The notes under the pieces are model-generated. The model was not told the DNA's origin, did no database searches, and worked only from the letters and a program-made list of their open reading frames with translations. Shown here in pieces: positions 22,519 through 31,361 of a stretch of DNA of 64,000 bases; positions within the stretch are counted from its first letter, which is position 1; each line of letters starts with the position of its first letter. The DNA is taken from assembly GCA_021787665.1 (NCBI GenBank), contig JAJYLN010000004.1, positions 68,415-132,414 on the forward strand, given 5' to 3'. The DNA is from a bacterium. GTDB taxonomy: Bacteria > JAMCPX01. The translations under genes were made by a program, and so were the position numbers.

Positions 22519-23777
22519 TACGGACGGTCCGCGCGTCTCAAATCACGTCCATCCTCTCCGGTCGGAGGAGCAGATCCAGAAATATCGAGGCTGCGGTACG
22601 CAGGATCGTCGATGAGGTACGCCGCAGCGGTGATGAGGCGCTGTTCAGATTTCGCAGGCTCTACGACCGTATCGACTCGGACAAACTCATGGTCGGTCGC
22701 CATGCCATGGATCATGCCCTGCGCATCGTCGATGGCGGTACGAAAAAGGCGATAGAAGTCGCTATAGAGCGGGTAACGCGGTTCCACGAGTACGAGAAAA
22801 GGCATAGGTCCTCCTGGCGGGTCACCGAGAGCAGGGGTGTTTCGTACGGCGAGTTCTTTACACCTGTGGAGAGCGTGGGGCTGTATGTGCCGGGCGGCAG
22901 CGCGTCGTACCCCTCCTCGGTCGTCATGAACGCCGTGCCGGCCATCGTCGCAGGAGTACCGGACATCGTGATGGCCACGCCCTCCCCGAGCATCCCGGTG
23001 CTCGCTGCCGCGCGTATGCTCGGCATCAGGACGGTATACTCGATGGGCGGCGCGCACGCCATAGCCGCGCTGGCCTACGGCACGCGGCACGTCCGCAGGG
23101 TAGACAAGATAGCGGGACCAGGCAACCGGTACGTCACACTCGCGAAGAAGCTCGTATTCGGCGACGTGGGCATCGACACGATAGCAGGTCCAAGCGAGGT
23201 GGTCGTGGTAACGGACGGCAGCATGGACCCGTCGTTCGCTGCTGCCGACCTGATGGCCCAGGCGGAGCACGACGAACTCGCCATGAGCGTTCTGATAGCG
23301 CCAAATCAGACATTCATCGGGACGGTCGATCGCGAGATCCAGAAGCTGGTCCGTACCATGGGAAGAAAGACGACCATTTGCAAGAGCCTGAGGAAGAACG
23401 GCTTTGCAGTCGTCGCCGCTACGAGGAACAAAGCGATGAAGATAGCGAACTCGATAGCCCCGGAGCACCTCGAGCTCGCCGTGAAGAACCCACAGTCGTA
23501 CCTCGGTCAGGTGAGACATGCAGGTGCCGTGTTCCTCGGCGCTTACACGCCAGAAGTCATCGGGGACTATGTCGCAGGGCCGGATCATGTGCTCCCGACG
23601 GCCGGCGCTGCGCGGTTCTCGTCAGGTCTGGGCGTGGACGATTTCAGGAAGAAGACCACGCTGCTCCGGGTAACGCGCAGCGGCTTTTCCCGGCTCGCTC
23701 CCTACGCCGAGCAGCTCGGCACCACCGAGGGGCTGGGCGCCCATGCCCTGGCGGTCCGGATACGTACGAAGAAATAA
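22515..23777 (+). CDS. hisD: Histidinol dehydrogenase
   Basis: 420-aa ORF with conserved HisD blocks (GPGNRYV, AGPSEVVVV, QAEHD, PEHLEL); overlaps the hisG stop. Confidence 0.95.
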   Translation: MIRTVRASQITSILSGRRSRSRNIEAAVRRIVDEVRRSGDEALFRFRRLYDRIDSDKLMVGRHAMDHALRIVDGGTKKAIEVAIERVTRFHEYEKRHRSSWRVTESRGVSYGEFFTPVESVGLYVPGGSASYPSSVVMNAVPAIVAGVPDIVMATPSPSIPVLAAARMLGIRTVYSMGGAHAIAALAYGTRHVRRVDKIAGPGNRYVTLAKKLVFGDVGIDTIAGPSEVVVVTDGSMDPSFAAADLMAQAEHDELAMSVLIAPNQTFIGTVDREIQKLVRTMGRKTTICKSLRKNGFAVVAATRNKAMKIANSIAPEHLELAVKNPQSYLGQVRHAGAVFLGAYTPEVIGDYVAGPDHVLPTAGAARFSSGLGVDDFRKKTTLLRVTRSGFSRLAPYAEQLGTTEGLGAHALAVRIRTKK

Positions 23778-23847
23778 GTACTTTTATCCAAAAAGTGATC
23801 GGGGAAGAGATGGGGCAGGAAGGGGAAAGACCCCGAACCATGTACGA

Positions 23848-25905
23848 CTACCGGAACAAAAGGCCGACCCTATAGATCGCAAAGCTTATCATGAACGCCA
23901 CGACCAGGGGATACACGATACCGATGGCAAGGAGCTTGTTGTCGTGCAACTCCTTTTTCATGGTAACGACCGTTGCGAGACACGGTATATACAGCGTCTG
24001 GAAGATGATGAATACGTACGCGACGAGCGGGGTCATGGCCTGCTTCAGGGCGGCGCCCAGAGCCTGCTCGTTTGCAGCGTTGAAGAGCACGCTCAGGGTC
24101 GCAATAGAGGTCTCCTTCGCAGTGAAGCCGGTAATCAGCGCAACGAGTATACGCCAGTCGAACCCTATGACCCTGCCGGCGGGCTCCATCCACCGACCTA
24201 CGATACCCAGCACGCTCTGGTTTATCGTGTGCCCCGGGAAGTGCGACAGGAACCAGATGATAATCGTGAAGGATACGATGTACGTGCCCGCCCTCTTGAA
24301 GAAGCTCACCGTCTTATTCCATGCGTACAGGCCAACGGTCCTGACATTGGGTTTCCGGTACAGGGGAAGCTCGATGATCAGGGGAGAGCGCTCCCCCTGC
24401 AGCACGGTCTTCCTGAGCAACAGCCCGGTCACCACGACGACGGCGAAGCTCGTCCCTATCACCGAGACCATGACGAGCGCGGCGTCGCCCGGGAAGAACA
24501 CGCTCACGAACATGCTCGTCACGACGAACCGCGCGGAGCAGGGTATGAACGGGTTGATAAGCACGGAGAGCTTCCGGTCGGTCTCGTTGTCCATCACCCG
24601 CGAGCACATGACCCCTGGCACGTTGCACCCGTAGCCCGAGAGCAGACAGATGAAGCTCTTGCCGTGGAGCCCGAGCAGGTGCATGACTCTGTCCATGATA
24701 AAGGTCGATCGGGCGAGCATACCCGTATCCTCAAGGATGCCGAGGAAGATAAAGAATATGAAGATGAGGGGAAAAAACGAGACCACTGTTCCCACTCCGC
24801 CGATGACGCCGTTGATGACCAGCCCCCTTACCCAGGCGGGTGCGCCCCGGAGCAGCCCGGAGAAGGCAGCGTCCAGCAGTTCGAACGACCTGCTTAAAAA
24901 CGCAGCGAGCGGGTTACTGAGGCTGAAGGTCGCCCAGAACATGAACCCGAGAATCGCGACGATGATCGCGAGTCCCAGGAACTGGTTGGTGAGCAGGTGG
25001 TCGAGCTTGTCCGTAAATGTTATCACGTTCAGTTTCAGAGGCGTCTCGGACTTCGAGGTGATTCGGTGAATCCAGTCATAGCGCGAGTCCGCTATCGTGA
25101 CGATGAGCCTCTCGGCAGCGGACTGCACGTTCTTTACGAAGCCGTAATCACCCGGATTCATGACGGACCTCAGGGTCTCTACGACATGCTCGTCTCCCTC
25201 GAGTATTTTCATGGACAACCAACGGACGTTATCGGACGGCAGGTCATATCTCCGGAGCCTGACCGAGAGGTCCGAGATGAGGCCCTCTATCTCCCTCGTG
25301 TACTGGATCGGGGCCGGCTCGAACCGCCTCCTGCACTCCGCGAGATCGCTGACAGCGGTCAGGAGTTCCCTGATACCCTTGTTCTTTACAGCCACGACCG
25401 GGACGACTGGTACACCGAGGCTCTTCTCGAACTCTTCGACATGGATCTCCACGCCCTTCGATGCGGCGAGGTCCACCATGTTCAGCGCTACTACAACCCT
25501 GGCACCGGTCTCGAGAATCTGTTCGAGCAGGTACATGTTGCGGTCCAAGTTGGAGGCATCGATGATCGACACGACGACGTCCGGGTGCTGCTCCACGATA
25601 TAGGTCGCCGCGATGGTCTCCTCGATGGAGCCGGACGAGAGGCTGTACGTGCCGGGCAGGTCTACGATCCGGAAGGTCCTGCCGTTGAAGACGATAACTC
25701 CTTCCTTCTTCTCGACCGTCTTGCCCGGCCAGTTGCCCACATGCTGGCTAAGGCCGGTCAGGATATTGAAGACCGTACTCTTGCCAACGTTGGGGTTACC
25801 GGCAAGTGCGACTGTAATGGTCTCCCCGTTGCCGGGCAGGGATACGCCTGACCCGCCGTCATGGCAGGGTTCTGCGGCAAGACTTTTTAAGTACTTGTTT
25901 TTCAC
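23848..25905 (-). CDS. feoB: Ferrous iron transport protein B
   Basis: 685-aa ORF with N-terminal G-domain (ALAGNPNVGKST, DLPGTYS) followed by a polytopic membrane domain; no feoA-sized ORF upstream. The true start may be slightly internal. Confidence 0.9.
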   Translation of the reverse strand: MKNKYLKSLAAEPCHDGGSGVSLPGNGETITVALAGNPNVGKSTVFNILTGLSQHVGNWPGKTVEKKEGVIVFNGRTFRIVDLPGTYSLSSGSIEETIAATYIVEQHPDVVVSIIDASNLDRNMYLLEQILETGARVVVALNMVDLAASKGVEIHVEEFEKSLGVPVVPVVAVKNKGIRELLTAVSDLAECRRRFEPAPIQYTREIEGLISDLSVRLRRYDLPSDNVRWLSMKILEGDEHVVETLRSVMNPGDYGFVKNVQSAAERLIVTIADSRYDWIHRITSKSETPLKLNVITFTDKLDHLLTNQFLGLAIIVAILGFMFWATFSLSNPLAAFLSRSFELLDAAFSGLLRGAPAWVRGLVINGVIGGVGTVVSFFPLIFIFFIFLGILEDTGMLARSTFIMDRVMHLLGLHGKSFICLLSGYGCNVPGVMCSRVMDNETDRKLSVLINPFIPCSARFVVTSMFVSVFFPGDAALVMVSVIGTSFAVVVVTGLLLRKTVLQGERSPLIIELPLYRKPNVRTVGLYAWNKTVSFFKRAGTYIVSFTIIIWFLSHFPGHTINQSVLGIVGRWMEPAGRVIGFDWRILVALITGFTAKETSIATLSVLFNAANEQALGAALKQAMTPLVAYVFIIFQTLYIPCLATVVTMKKELHDNKLLAIGIVYPLVVAFMISFAIYRVGLLFR

Positions 25906-25930
25906 TCGCTATGGCTCACTATTGAAAGTG

Positions 25931-25957
25931 GTTATCATTAATATAATAGCAAGTCAA
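25931..25957 (-). promoter_or_regulatory. Fur-box-like AT-rich element and TTGACT -35-like hexamer upstream of feoB
   Basis: Minus strand reads TTGACTTGCTATTATATTAATGATAACCAC; the core TAATGATAA matches the central part of the Fur consensus GATAATGATAATCATTATC. Iron-responsive regulation of feoB is expected from established knowledge. Confidence 0.3.
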
Positions 25958-26128
25958 CGCAAAATATTCAACTGGCTCGTCCTTCCTATCCTACTCTGCC
26001 AAGGCTCGAGCCAGAGGTCCCTTCGCTTCTGGAGGGGCTGCGTCCTTCGGCAGCGGATGTATACCAGCTCCGAAGGAGTCGTAACAGGGAACGATTCACG
26101 GTACAGGTAGGGTAAACACGAAGAGCCC

Positions 26129-26917
26129 TTAGGGTGTAGCGGCGAGCATGGCGGACGCCTCTGCCGAGTAGCCCGCGCCCTCGTGGACTATGAGCGGCGG
26201 AATGATACTGGGCCGCCCGCCTCTTCCCTTCCGTGCGGTCATCAAAAACACGTCCGATGGTCTTGCTGCGGTCCTATGGACAAACCTGAGCTGCTCGATG
26301 GCGAATCCCCGCATGTTCATGAAGATCTCGTCTATCCTGCGGGTAGTAAACAACATGATCAGGACGCCGTCGGGCCTGAGCAGATACCTCGCTGCGGCGA
26401 AGAGGGCCTCGAGGGTAAGCGACCGGTCGTGGTGCGAGGCTGCGATAGGTTCTCTGGGGCTTATCTTGCCGGTGCCGTACCGGTAAAAGGGCGGGTTCGT
26501 CACGATGGCATGGAACGACTGCGGCCTGAACAGGGTCTTATATGCATTGATGTCCCCGTGGATAAACGCGACCCTGTCTCCGCACGAGTGCAGCCCGAGG
26601 TTTTTCAAAGAAGCCCGGTGGTGCACCTGGTTTATCTCGACGCCGGTAACATCCACGACCCCGGCGACCTTGGACAGCAGGATGCAGGTACTACCGGATG
26701 CGGAGCCTATTTCGAGCACCCGACCGGTGACGTGCCTCTTGGCGAAGTCGTACAGGATGACCGTGTCGATATTTACCCGGTACCCTTGTTCCGGCTGGTA
26801 AAACCTGAACCCGGGGCTTATGATGCTATCAAGGGTGTAGCCGACCATACTGGCCGGTGGTGCAGCCCCGCGCCTTCTCTGGCCCGGCGTGCTGTTAGCT
26901 TCGGACTTCCGAACCAC
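26129..26917 (-). CDS. SAM-dependent methyltransferase (N6-adenine tRNA methyltransferase-like, NPPF motif)
   Basis: Contains the class I SAM fold (VLEIGSASG) and IVTNPPFY motif; a likely internal start at MVGYTLDSI would shorten the Arg-rich N-terminus. Downstream of ahcY in the same orientation. Confidence 0.7.
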   Translation of the reverse strand: MVRKSEANSTPGQRRRGAAPPASMVGYTLDSIISPGFRFYQPEQGYRVNIDTVILYDFAKRHVTGRVLEIGSASGSTCILLSKVAGVVDVTGVEINQVHHRASLKNLGLHSCGDRVAFIHGDINAYKTLFRPQSFHAIVTNPPFYRYGTGKISPREPIAASHHDRSLTLEALFAAARYLLRPDGVLIMLFTTRRIDEIFMNMRGFAIEQLRFVHRTAARPSDVFLMTARKGRGGRPSIIPPLIVHEGAGYSAEASAMLAATP

Positions 26918-26942
26918 AGGTCTCCGGCACAGCAGCGCGGGC

Positions 26943-28214
26943 TTACGTTCCGCTTTCCCATGACGCTAAATACGTCTTCTGACGCAGGGTAAGGCTGTCG
27001 ATGTCTATGCCGAGTGTCTTCAGTTTTATGACGGCGATGTTCCTGTCGATGTCGTCGGGAACCGGATAGACGACCGCATCGAGCCTCCGCGCGTTTTCCT
27101 TCAGGTACATCACCGAGAGGGCCTGGTTGGCAAAGCTCATGTCCATGACGCTCGAAGGGTGCCCTTCGGCGGACGACAGGTTGACGAGCCTGCCATTCGC
27201 GAGCACGTAGATGCTGCGCCCGTTGGGCAGGCGGTATTCCTCGACGAGATCTCTGACCTCGCTGCGGCCTTTCGCTATGTTCCTCAAGGTTCCCAGGTCG
27301 AGCTCGACGTTGAAATGCCCGGAATTGGCCACGATGGCGCCGTCTTTCATGCTCATGAACTCGTTTCTGGATATGACGGTCGTGTCGCCGGTTACCGTGA
27401 CGAACAGGTCTCCGATCTTTGCCGCATCGGCGATGGGCATGACATCGTACCCGTCCATGACTGCCTCGAGCGCCCTGATTGGATCGACTTCCGTGATGAT
27501 GACTCTCGCCCCCATGCCTTTCGCGCGCATGGCAACGCCTCTGCCACACCAGCCATACCCGCAAACGACGAAAACGGACCCTGCGATCAGCCTGTTCGTG
27601 GCACGCAGGATTCCGTCTATCGTACTCTGGCCCGTACCGTAACGGTTATCGAACAGGTGCTTCGTATAGGCGTCGTTGACCGATATGATGGGATACGCGA
27701 GTTTCTTCTCTTTCGCCATGCTCCTGAGCCGTATGACACCGGTCGTCGTCTCCTCGGTCCCACCGATGATGCCTTTCAGGAGCGTGCGCTTCTTCGTATG
27801 GATCGTACTGACAAGGTCGGCCCCGTCATCCATCGTTACCATGGGCCTCGTCTCGAGTACGGACATGATATGCCGGTAGTAGGTGTCCGTATCCTCCCCC
27901 TTCTTCGCGAAGGTTGGCACATCGAAATACTTCACGAGTGCCGCTGCGACGTCGTCCTGGGTGCTCAGCGGGTTCGATGCCGCGAGCGCCACCTCCGCGC
28001 CACCCGCCTTCAGAACGCGCATAAGATTTGCGGTCTCCGTGGTCACATGCAGGCACGCCCCGATCCGCAGCCCCTTGAGTGGTTTACGCCTGGCGAAGTC
28101 CTTCTCCACGAGCTTCAACACCCCCATCGATCGGTATGCCCATTCGATGCGCTGCTTCCCGGCCTTCGCCGTGTCCATATCTTTCACGTCGTATGACATC
28201 GTCCCCGTCTTCAT
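26943..28214 (-). CDS. ahcY: Adenosylhomocysteinase
   Basis: 423-aa ORF with typical AhcY sequence and the NAD-binding glycine-rich motif ([11 protein letters not shown]); start overlaps the metK stop. Confidence 0.95.
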   Translation of the reverse strand: MKTGTMSYDVKDMDTAKAGKQRIEWAYRSMGVLKLVEKDFARRKPLKGLRIGACLHVTTETANLMRVLKAGGAEVALAASNPLSTQDDVAAALVKYFDVPTFAKKGEDTDTYYRHIMSVLETRPMVTMDDGADLVSTIHTKKRTLLKGIIGGTEETTTGVIRLRSMAKEKKLAYPIISVNDAYTKHLFDNRYGTGQSTIDGILRATNRLIAGSVFVVCGYGWCGRGVAMRAKGMGARVIITEVDPIRALEAVMDGYDVMPIADAAKIGDLFVTVTGDTTVISRNEFMSMKDGAIVANSGHFNVELDLGTLRNIAKGRSEVRDLVEEYRLPNGRSIYVLANGRLVNLSSAEGHPSSVMDMSFANQALSVMYLKENARRLDAVVYPVPDDIDRNIAVIKLKTLGIDIDSLTLRQKTYLASWESGT

Positions 28215-29368
28215 CTGCCCACCTCTTTCAACAGCGCCCGCATTTTATCGGTCCTTTCCCAGGTGAACTCTTTCTCTGTCCTGCCAAAATGTCCGTAGGC
28301 AGCGGTCTTGCGGTACTTCGGTTCCAGGAGACTCAGCTCCTGAATGACGCCGGCAGGATCCATGCGGAACACCCTGCACACGGCTTTCTCCAGCTTTTCG
28401 TTGGGGACCTTACCGGTACCGAAGGTGTCCACCATGATGGAGACCGGATCCGGCACGCCTATCGCGTAGGCGAGCTGTACCTCGCAACGGGCGGCCAGGC
28501 CGGACGCAACGATATTCTTGGCGACATACCGCGCTATATACGCCCCGCTCCGGTCGACCTTCGAGGGGTCCTTGCCGGAGAGTGCGCCGCCACCGTGTCT
28601 GCCGAACCCGCCGTAGGTGTCCACGATGATTTTCCTGCCCGTGAGCCCTGTGTCGCCATGGGGTCCCCCGATGACGAACCTGCCGGTCGGGTTAATAAAG
28701 TACTTCGTATCTTTCCGCATGAGGTCCGCAGGTATGACCCTCCTGATGACCTCTTCTATGATGGCCTCTTTCAGCCTGCCATTCGGGACGTCCTCGGTGT
28801 GCTGTGCCGCTATGACGATCGCCTTTATACCCACCGGCTTGTTGTCCTGATACTCGAAGGTAACCTGGGACTTCCCGTCCGGACGCAGGAACTCCAGCGT
28901 GCCGCTGTGCCGCACCGCTGCCAGCCTCCTGACAAGCGCGTTGGCATAGAATATCGGGGCCGGCATGAAGGTCTTTGTCTCGTCGATCGCATACCCGAAC
29001 ATCATGCCCTGGTCCCCGGCGCCGAGCTTGTTGCTGCCCCTGTTGACTCCCCGGGCGATGTCAGGTGATTGCTGCTTTACCGAGACGATAACGCCGCAGG
29101 ATCTCCAGTCATAGCCCATATCAGGGTCGTCATAGCCGATGTCCCGTATGACCTCCCGCGCGATGTCAGCGAATGGAATACTCGCCTTCGTGGTTATCTC
29201 GCCCGCGATGATCGCAAGGCCTGTCGTTACGAGGGTCTCACACGCGACCCTTGCGTGCTTGTCACCGGCGAGCGCGGCATCGAGAATAGCATCCGATACC
29301 TGATCCGCAAGCTTGTCCGGGTGCCCCTCGGTCACAGACTCGGACGTAAATAAATACCTGTTCTTCAT
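28211..29368 (-). CDS. metK: S-adenosylmethionine synthetase
   Basis: 385-aa ORF: [56 protein letters not shown] are hallmark MetK motifs. Confidence 0.97.
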   Translation of the reverse strand: MKNRYLFTSESVTEGHPDKLADQVSDAILDAALAGDKHARVACETLVTTGLAIIAGEITTKASIPFADIAREVIRDIGYDDPDMGYDWRSCGVIVSVKQQSPDIARGVNRGSNKLGAGDQGMMFGYAIDETKTFMPAPIFYANALVRRLAAVRHSGTLEFLRPDGKSQVTFEYQDNKPVGIKAIVIAAQHTEDVPNGRLKEAIIEEVIRRVIPADLMRKDTKYFINPTGRFVIGGPHGDTGLTGRKIIVDTYGGFGRHGGGALSGKDPSKVDRSGAYIARYVAKNIVASGLAARCEVQLAYAIGVPDPVSIMVDTFGTGKVPNEKLEKAVCRVFRMDPAGVIQELSLLEPKYRKTAAYGHFGRTEKEFTWERTDKMRALLKEVGR

Positions 29369-29465
29369 TCCATACTCCTTTGATTGTTTTTATTCCGTTG
29401 GAAACTTCTTTGACCCGCTCTCTGTGTGTAGCACACATAACAAACGCGGACAAAAACGGAATTGC

Positions 29466-29493
29466 ATCATACATGAATCTCTTGACGAGTCAA
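29466..29493 (-). promoter_or_regulatory. Sigma70-like promoter for metK (TTGACT, 16-nt spacer, TATGAT)
   Basis: Minus strand reads TTGACTCGTCAAGAGATTCATGTATGAT, leaving a roughly 90-nt leader before metK. I could not recognise a SAM-I riboswitch core in the leader. Confidence 0.45.
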
Positions 29494-29531
29494 CAGAAAA
29501 CGCACCGGTACGCCGGAAGTCCTGCTTACAG

Positions 29532-30305
29532 TCACATCCCCACGATATGATAGCCAGCATCCACGAAGAGCACCTCGCCGGTTACTCCGCTGCTCATAGG
29601 TGAGAGGAGGAACAATGCGGCATCGCCGACCTCGTCCGCCGTTATGTTCCTTCCGAGGGGGGCCTTCTGGGGGTAGTATTCCATCATCTTGAGAAAGCCC
29701 TTTATCCCTCTCGCGGAGAGGGTGTTGACTGGCCCGGCCGATACACCATTGACCCGTATATTGCTCCTGCCGAGATCGTATGCGAGGTATCGTATAATAC
29801 TCTCGAGTGCCGATTTGGCTATCGCCATCACGTTGTAGCCCGGGATAACTACCTGGGAGGCTATGTAGGTCATTGCTATGATGCTTCCTCCCTCCTTCAT
29901 TAGCGGGGCGGCGTGTCTGGTAAGGGAGACGAGGGAGTACGAGCTTATGTCGAGCGCCGTGAGGAAGCCCTGTCTCGACATGTTGAGAAAACTACCGCCC
30001 AACTCTTCTCTCGGCGCGAAGGCGACACTGTGCACGAGTGCATGGATCGCATCATGTTTTCCGGCAATTTCACGGAACATTCCCTCAACCATGCCCTCGT
30101 TCTGTACGTCGCACTCGAAGATTCCGAGCGGAGCCATCCCGACAACCGCCTCTTCCACCCGCTCCTTCAGCGACTGGTTCGCATAGGTAAAGTACAGCCC
30201 CATCCCTGCCTGCTGCAGCTTCTGTGCGATATGCAGGGCTATGCTATGTTTGTTCACCACGCCGGTCACGAGACCGGTTTTTCCGTTGAGATCTATCGTA
30301 TACAT
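29532..30305 (-). CDS. fabI: Enoyl-[acyl-carrier-protein] reductase (NADH)
   Basis: 257-aa ORF with short-chain dehydrogenase fold and FabI-like catalytic Tyr/Lys region (YNVMAIAKSALES). Confidence 0.9.
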   Translation of the reverse strand: MYTIDLNGKTGLVTGVVNKHSIALHIAQKLQQAGMGLYFTYANQSLKERVEEAVVGMAPLGIFECDVQNEGMVEGMFREIAGKHDAIHALVHSVAFAPREELGGSFLNMSRQGFLTALDISSYSLVSLTRHAAPLMKEGGSIIAMTYIASQVVIPGYNVMAIAKSALESIIRYLAYDLGRSNIRVNGVSAGPVNTLSARGIKGFLKMMEYYPQKAPLGRNITADEVGDAALFLLSPMSSGVTGEVLFVDAGYHIVGM

Positions 30306-30321
30306 AGTCTGATCGTGAAAC

Positions 30322-30350
30322 GGGCGCCCGCCGCAAAGCGGCGGGTGCCC
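30322..30350 (-). terminator. GC-rich hairpin downstream of the DsbA-family gene (possible terminator, weak U-tract)
   Basis: Stem of about 13 bp (GGGCACCCGCCGC / GCGGCGGGCGCCC) followed on the minus strand by GUUUCACG. Confidence 0.35.
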
Positions 30351-30404
30351 GTCACTATCTGCTCCATCACAGGTCGTTTTTATCTGTCCAGCCTCACCCT
30401 CGCA

Positions 30405-31349
30405 CTACTTCAGTATCGCGTTTATGGCCTGCTCGAAATTTTGTTCAGGCTGTGCGCCGGTGATGATCCTGCCGTTTATCACGAAGGTGGGCGTCCCGGT
30501 AACCCCTATGCTGCTGCCCTCCTGCTGATCGGCCTCCACCTTGTCCTTTGTTTGCTGATTGTTCACGCACGCCTTGAACTTGCCCATAGAGAGCCCCTGC
30601 GCCTTCGCATAGCTGTTCAGCTTGTCGTTGATAGTTGCGGGTGTTATGGAACCCTGCTCCTGGAAGAGGTGGTTGTAGAAGTACCAGAAGGCGTCATGCT
30701 TCTGCAGGTACGCACAATCGGCGCCGATAGCCGCTATCATCGCCCAGGGGTGCATCGGCAGAGGGAAGCTCTTGTAGACGAGCCGTATCCTGCCCTTGTA
30801 CTTGTGCAGCAGGTCTTCGACTGTGCCGTACGCCCTGCCGCAGAACGGGCATTCGAAGTCGGTGAACTCCACCATGGTTACCTTTGCATCTGCCGGCCCT
30901 CTCGACGGCGAGCCCTTCAGGGTAATCTTGCTCAGCGTTTCCTTGAAGGGGTCTTCTGTCAGGTTCAGGACACTGCCGATTATCACGCGCGTGCGGTCCT
31001 TCGTTACATAGATGGTCTGCGTCTGCTTACGTGGACCCTGCGCGATCGTCACGACGGCCTGATCGAGTCCCGAGATATCCGAGGCCTTTATCTTGCTGAC
31101 GGAGAGGTTGACGCTCGGCGGGATATTGAATGCCTTGCGCATATACGAGGCTATCTTTCCCTGAATGCCGGCCTGGTGCTCCTCTGCGGCAGGCTGAACT
31201 ACCGGGGCAGGCTGCTGTTCCTGGCCCTGCACAGGGTTCTGTACAGGCTGTGGTGCGGCCCCGTTCGGGGCCGTAGCCGCCTCTTTCTTCGAGCATCCAG
31301 CGACCATCACGAAGGCGGCCACGATCAAGAGTATCAAGTTTTTTCTCAT
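30405..31349 (-). CDS. DsbA-family thiol:disulfide oxidoreductase lipoprotein
   Basis: 314-aa ORF with lipobox (MVAGCS), a Pro/Gln-rich linker and thioredoxin-fold active site CPFC (FTDFECPFCGRAY); 12 nt downstream of the acylase gene. Confidence 0.8.
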   Translation of the reverse strand: MRKNLILLIVAAFVMVAGCSKKEAATAPNGAAPQPVQNPVQGQEQQPAPVVQPAAEEHQAGIQGKIASYMRKAFNIPPSVNLSVSKIKASDISGLDQAVVTIAQGPRKQTQTIYVTKDRTRVIIGSVLNLTEDPFKETLSKITLKGSPSRGPADAKVTMVEFTDFECPFCGRAYGTVEDLLHKYKGRIRLVYKSFPLPMHPWAMIAAIGADCAYLQKHDAFWYFYNHLFQEQGSITPATINDKLNSYAKAQGLSMGKFKACVNNQQTKDKVEADQQEGSSIGVTGTPTFVINGRIITGAQPEQNFEQAINAILK

Positions 31350-31361
31350 TTCGTTCTCCTT

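Noticed and set aside
20816-23588. Long minus-strand ORFs 20816..21802 and 22398..23588 overlapping murA and hisD
   Set aside because: Antisense to genes with unambiguous MurA and HisD signatures; composition typical of GC-rich antisense frames.
29369-29465. Possible SAM riboswitch in the metK leader
   Set aside because: The leader is only about 90 nt and I could not find the SAM-I core or another SAM/SAH riboswitch signature by eye; only a promoter call was kept. A covariance-model scan would be decisive.
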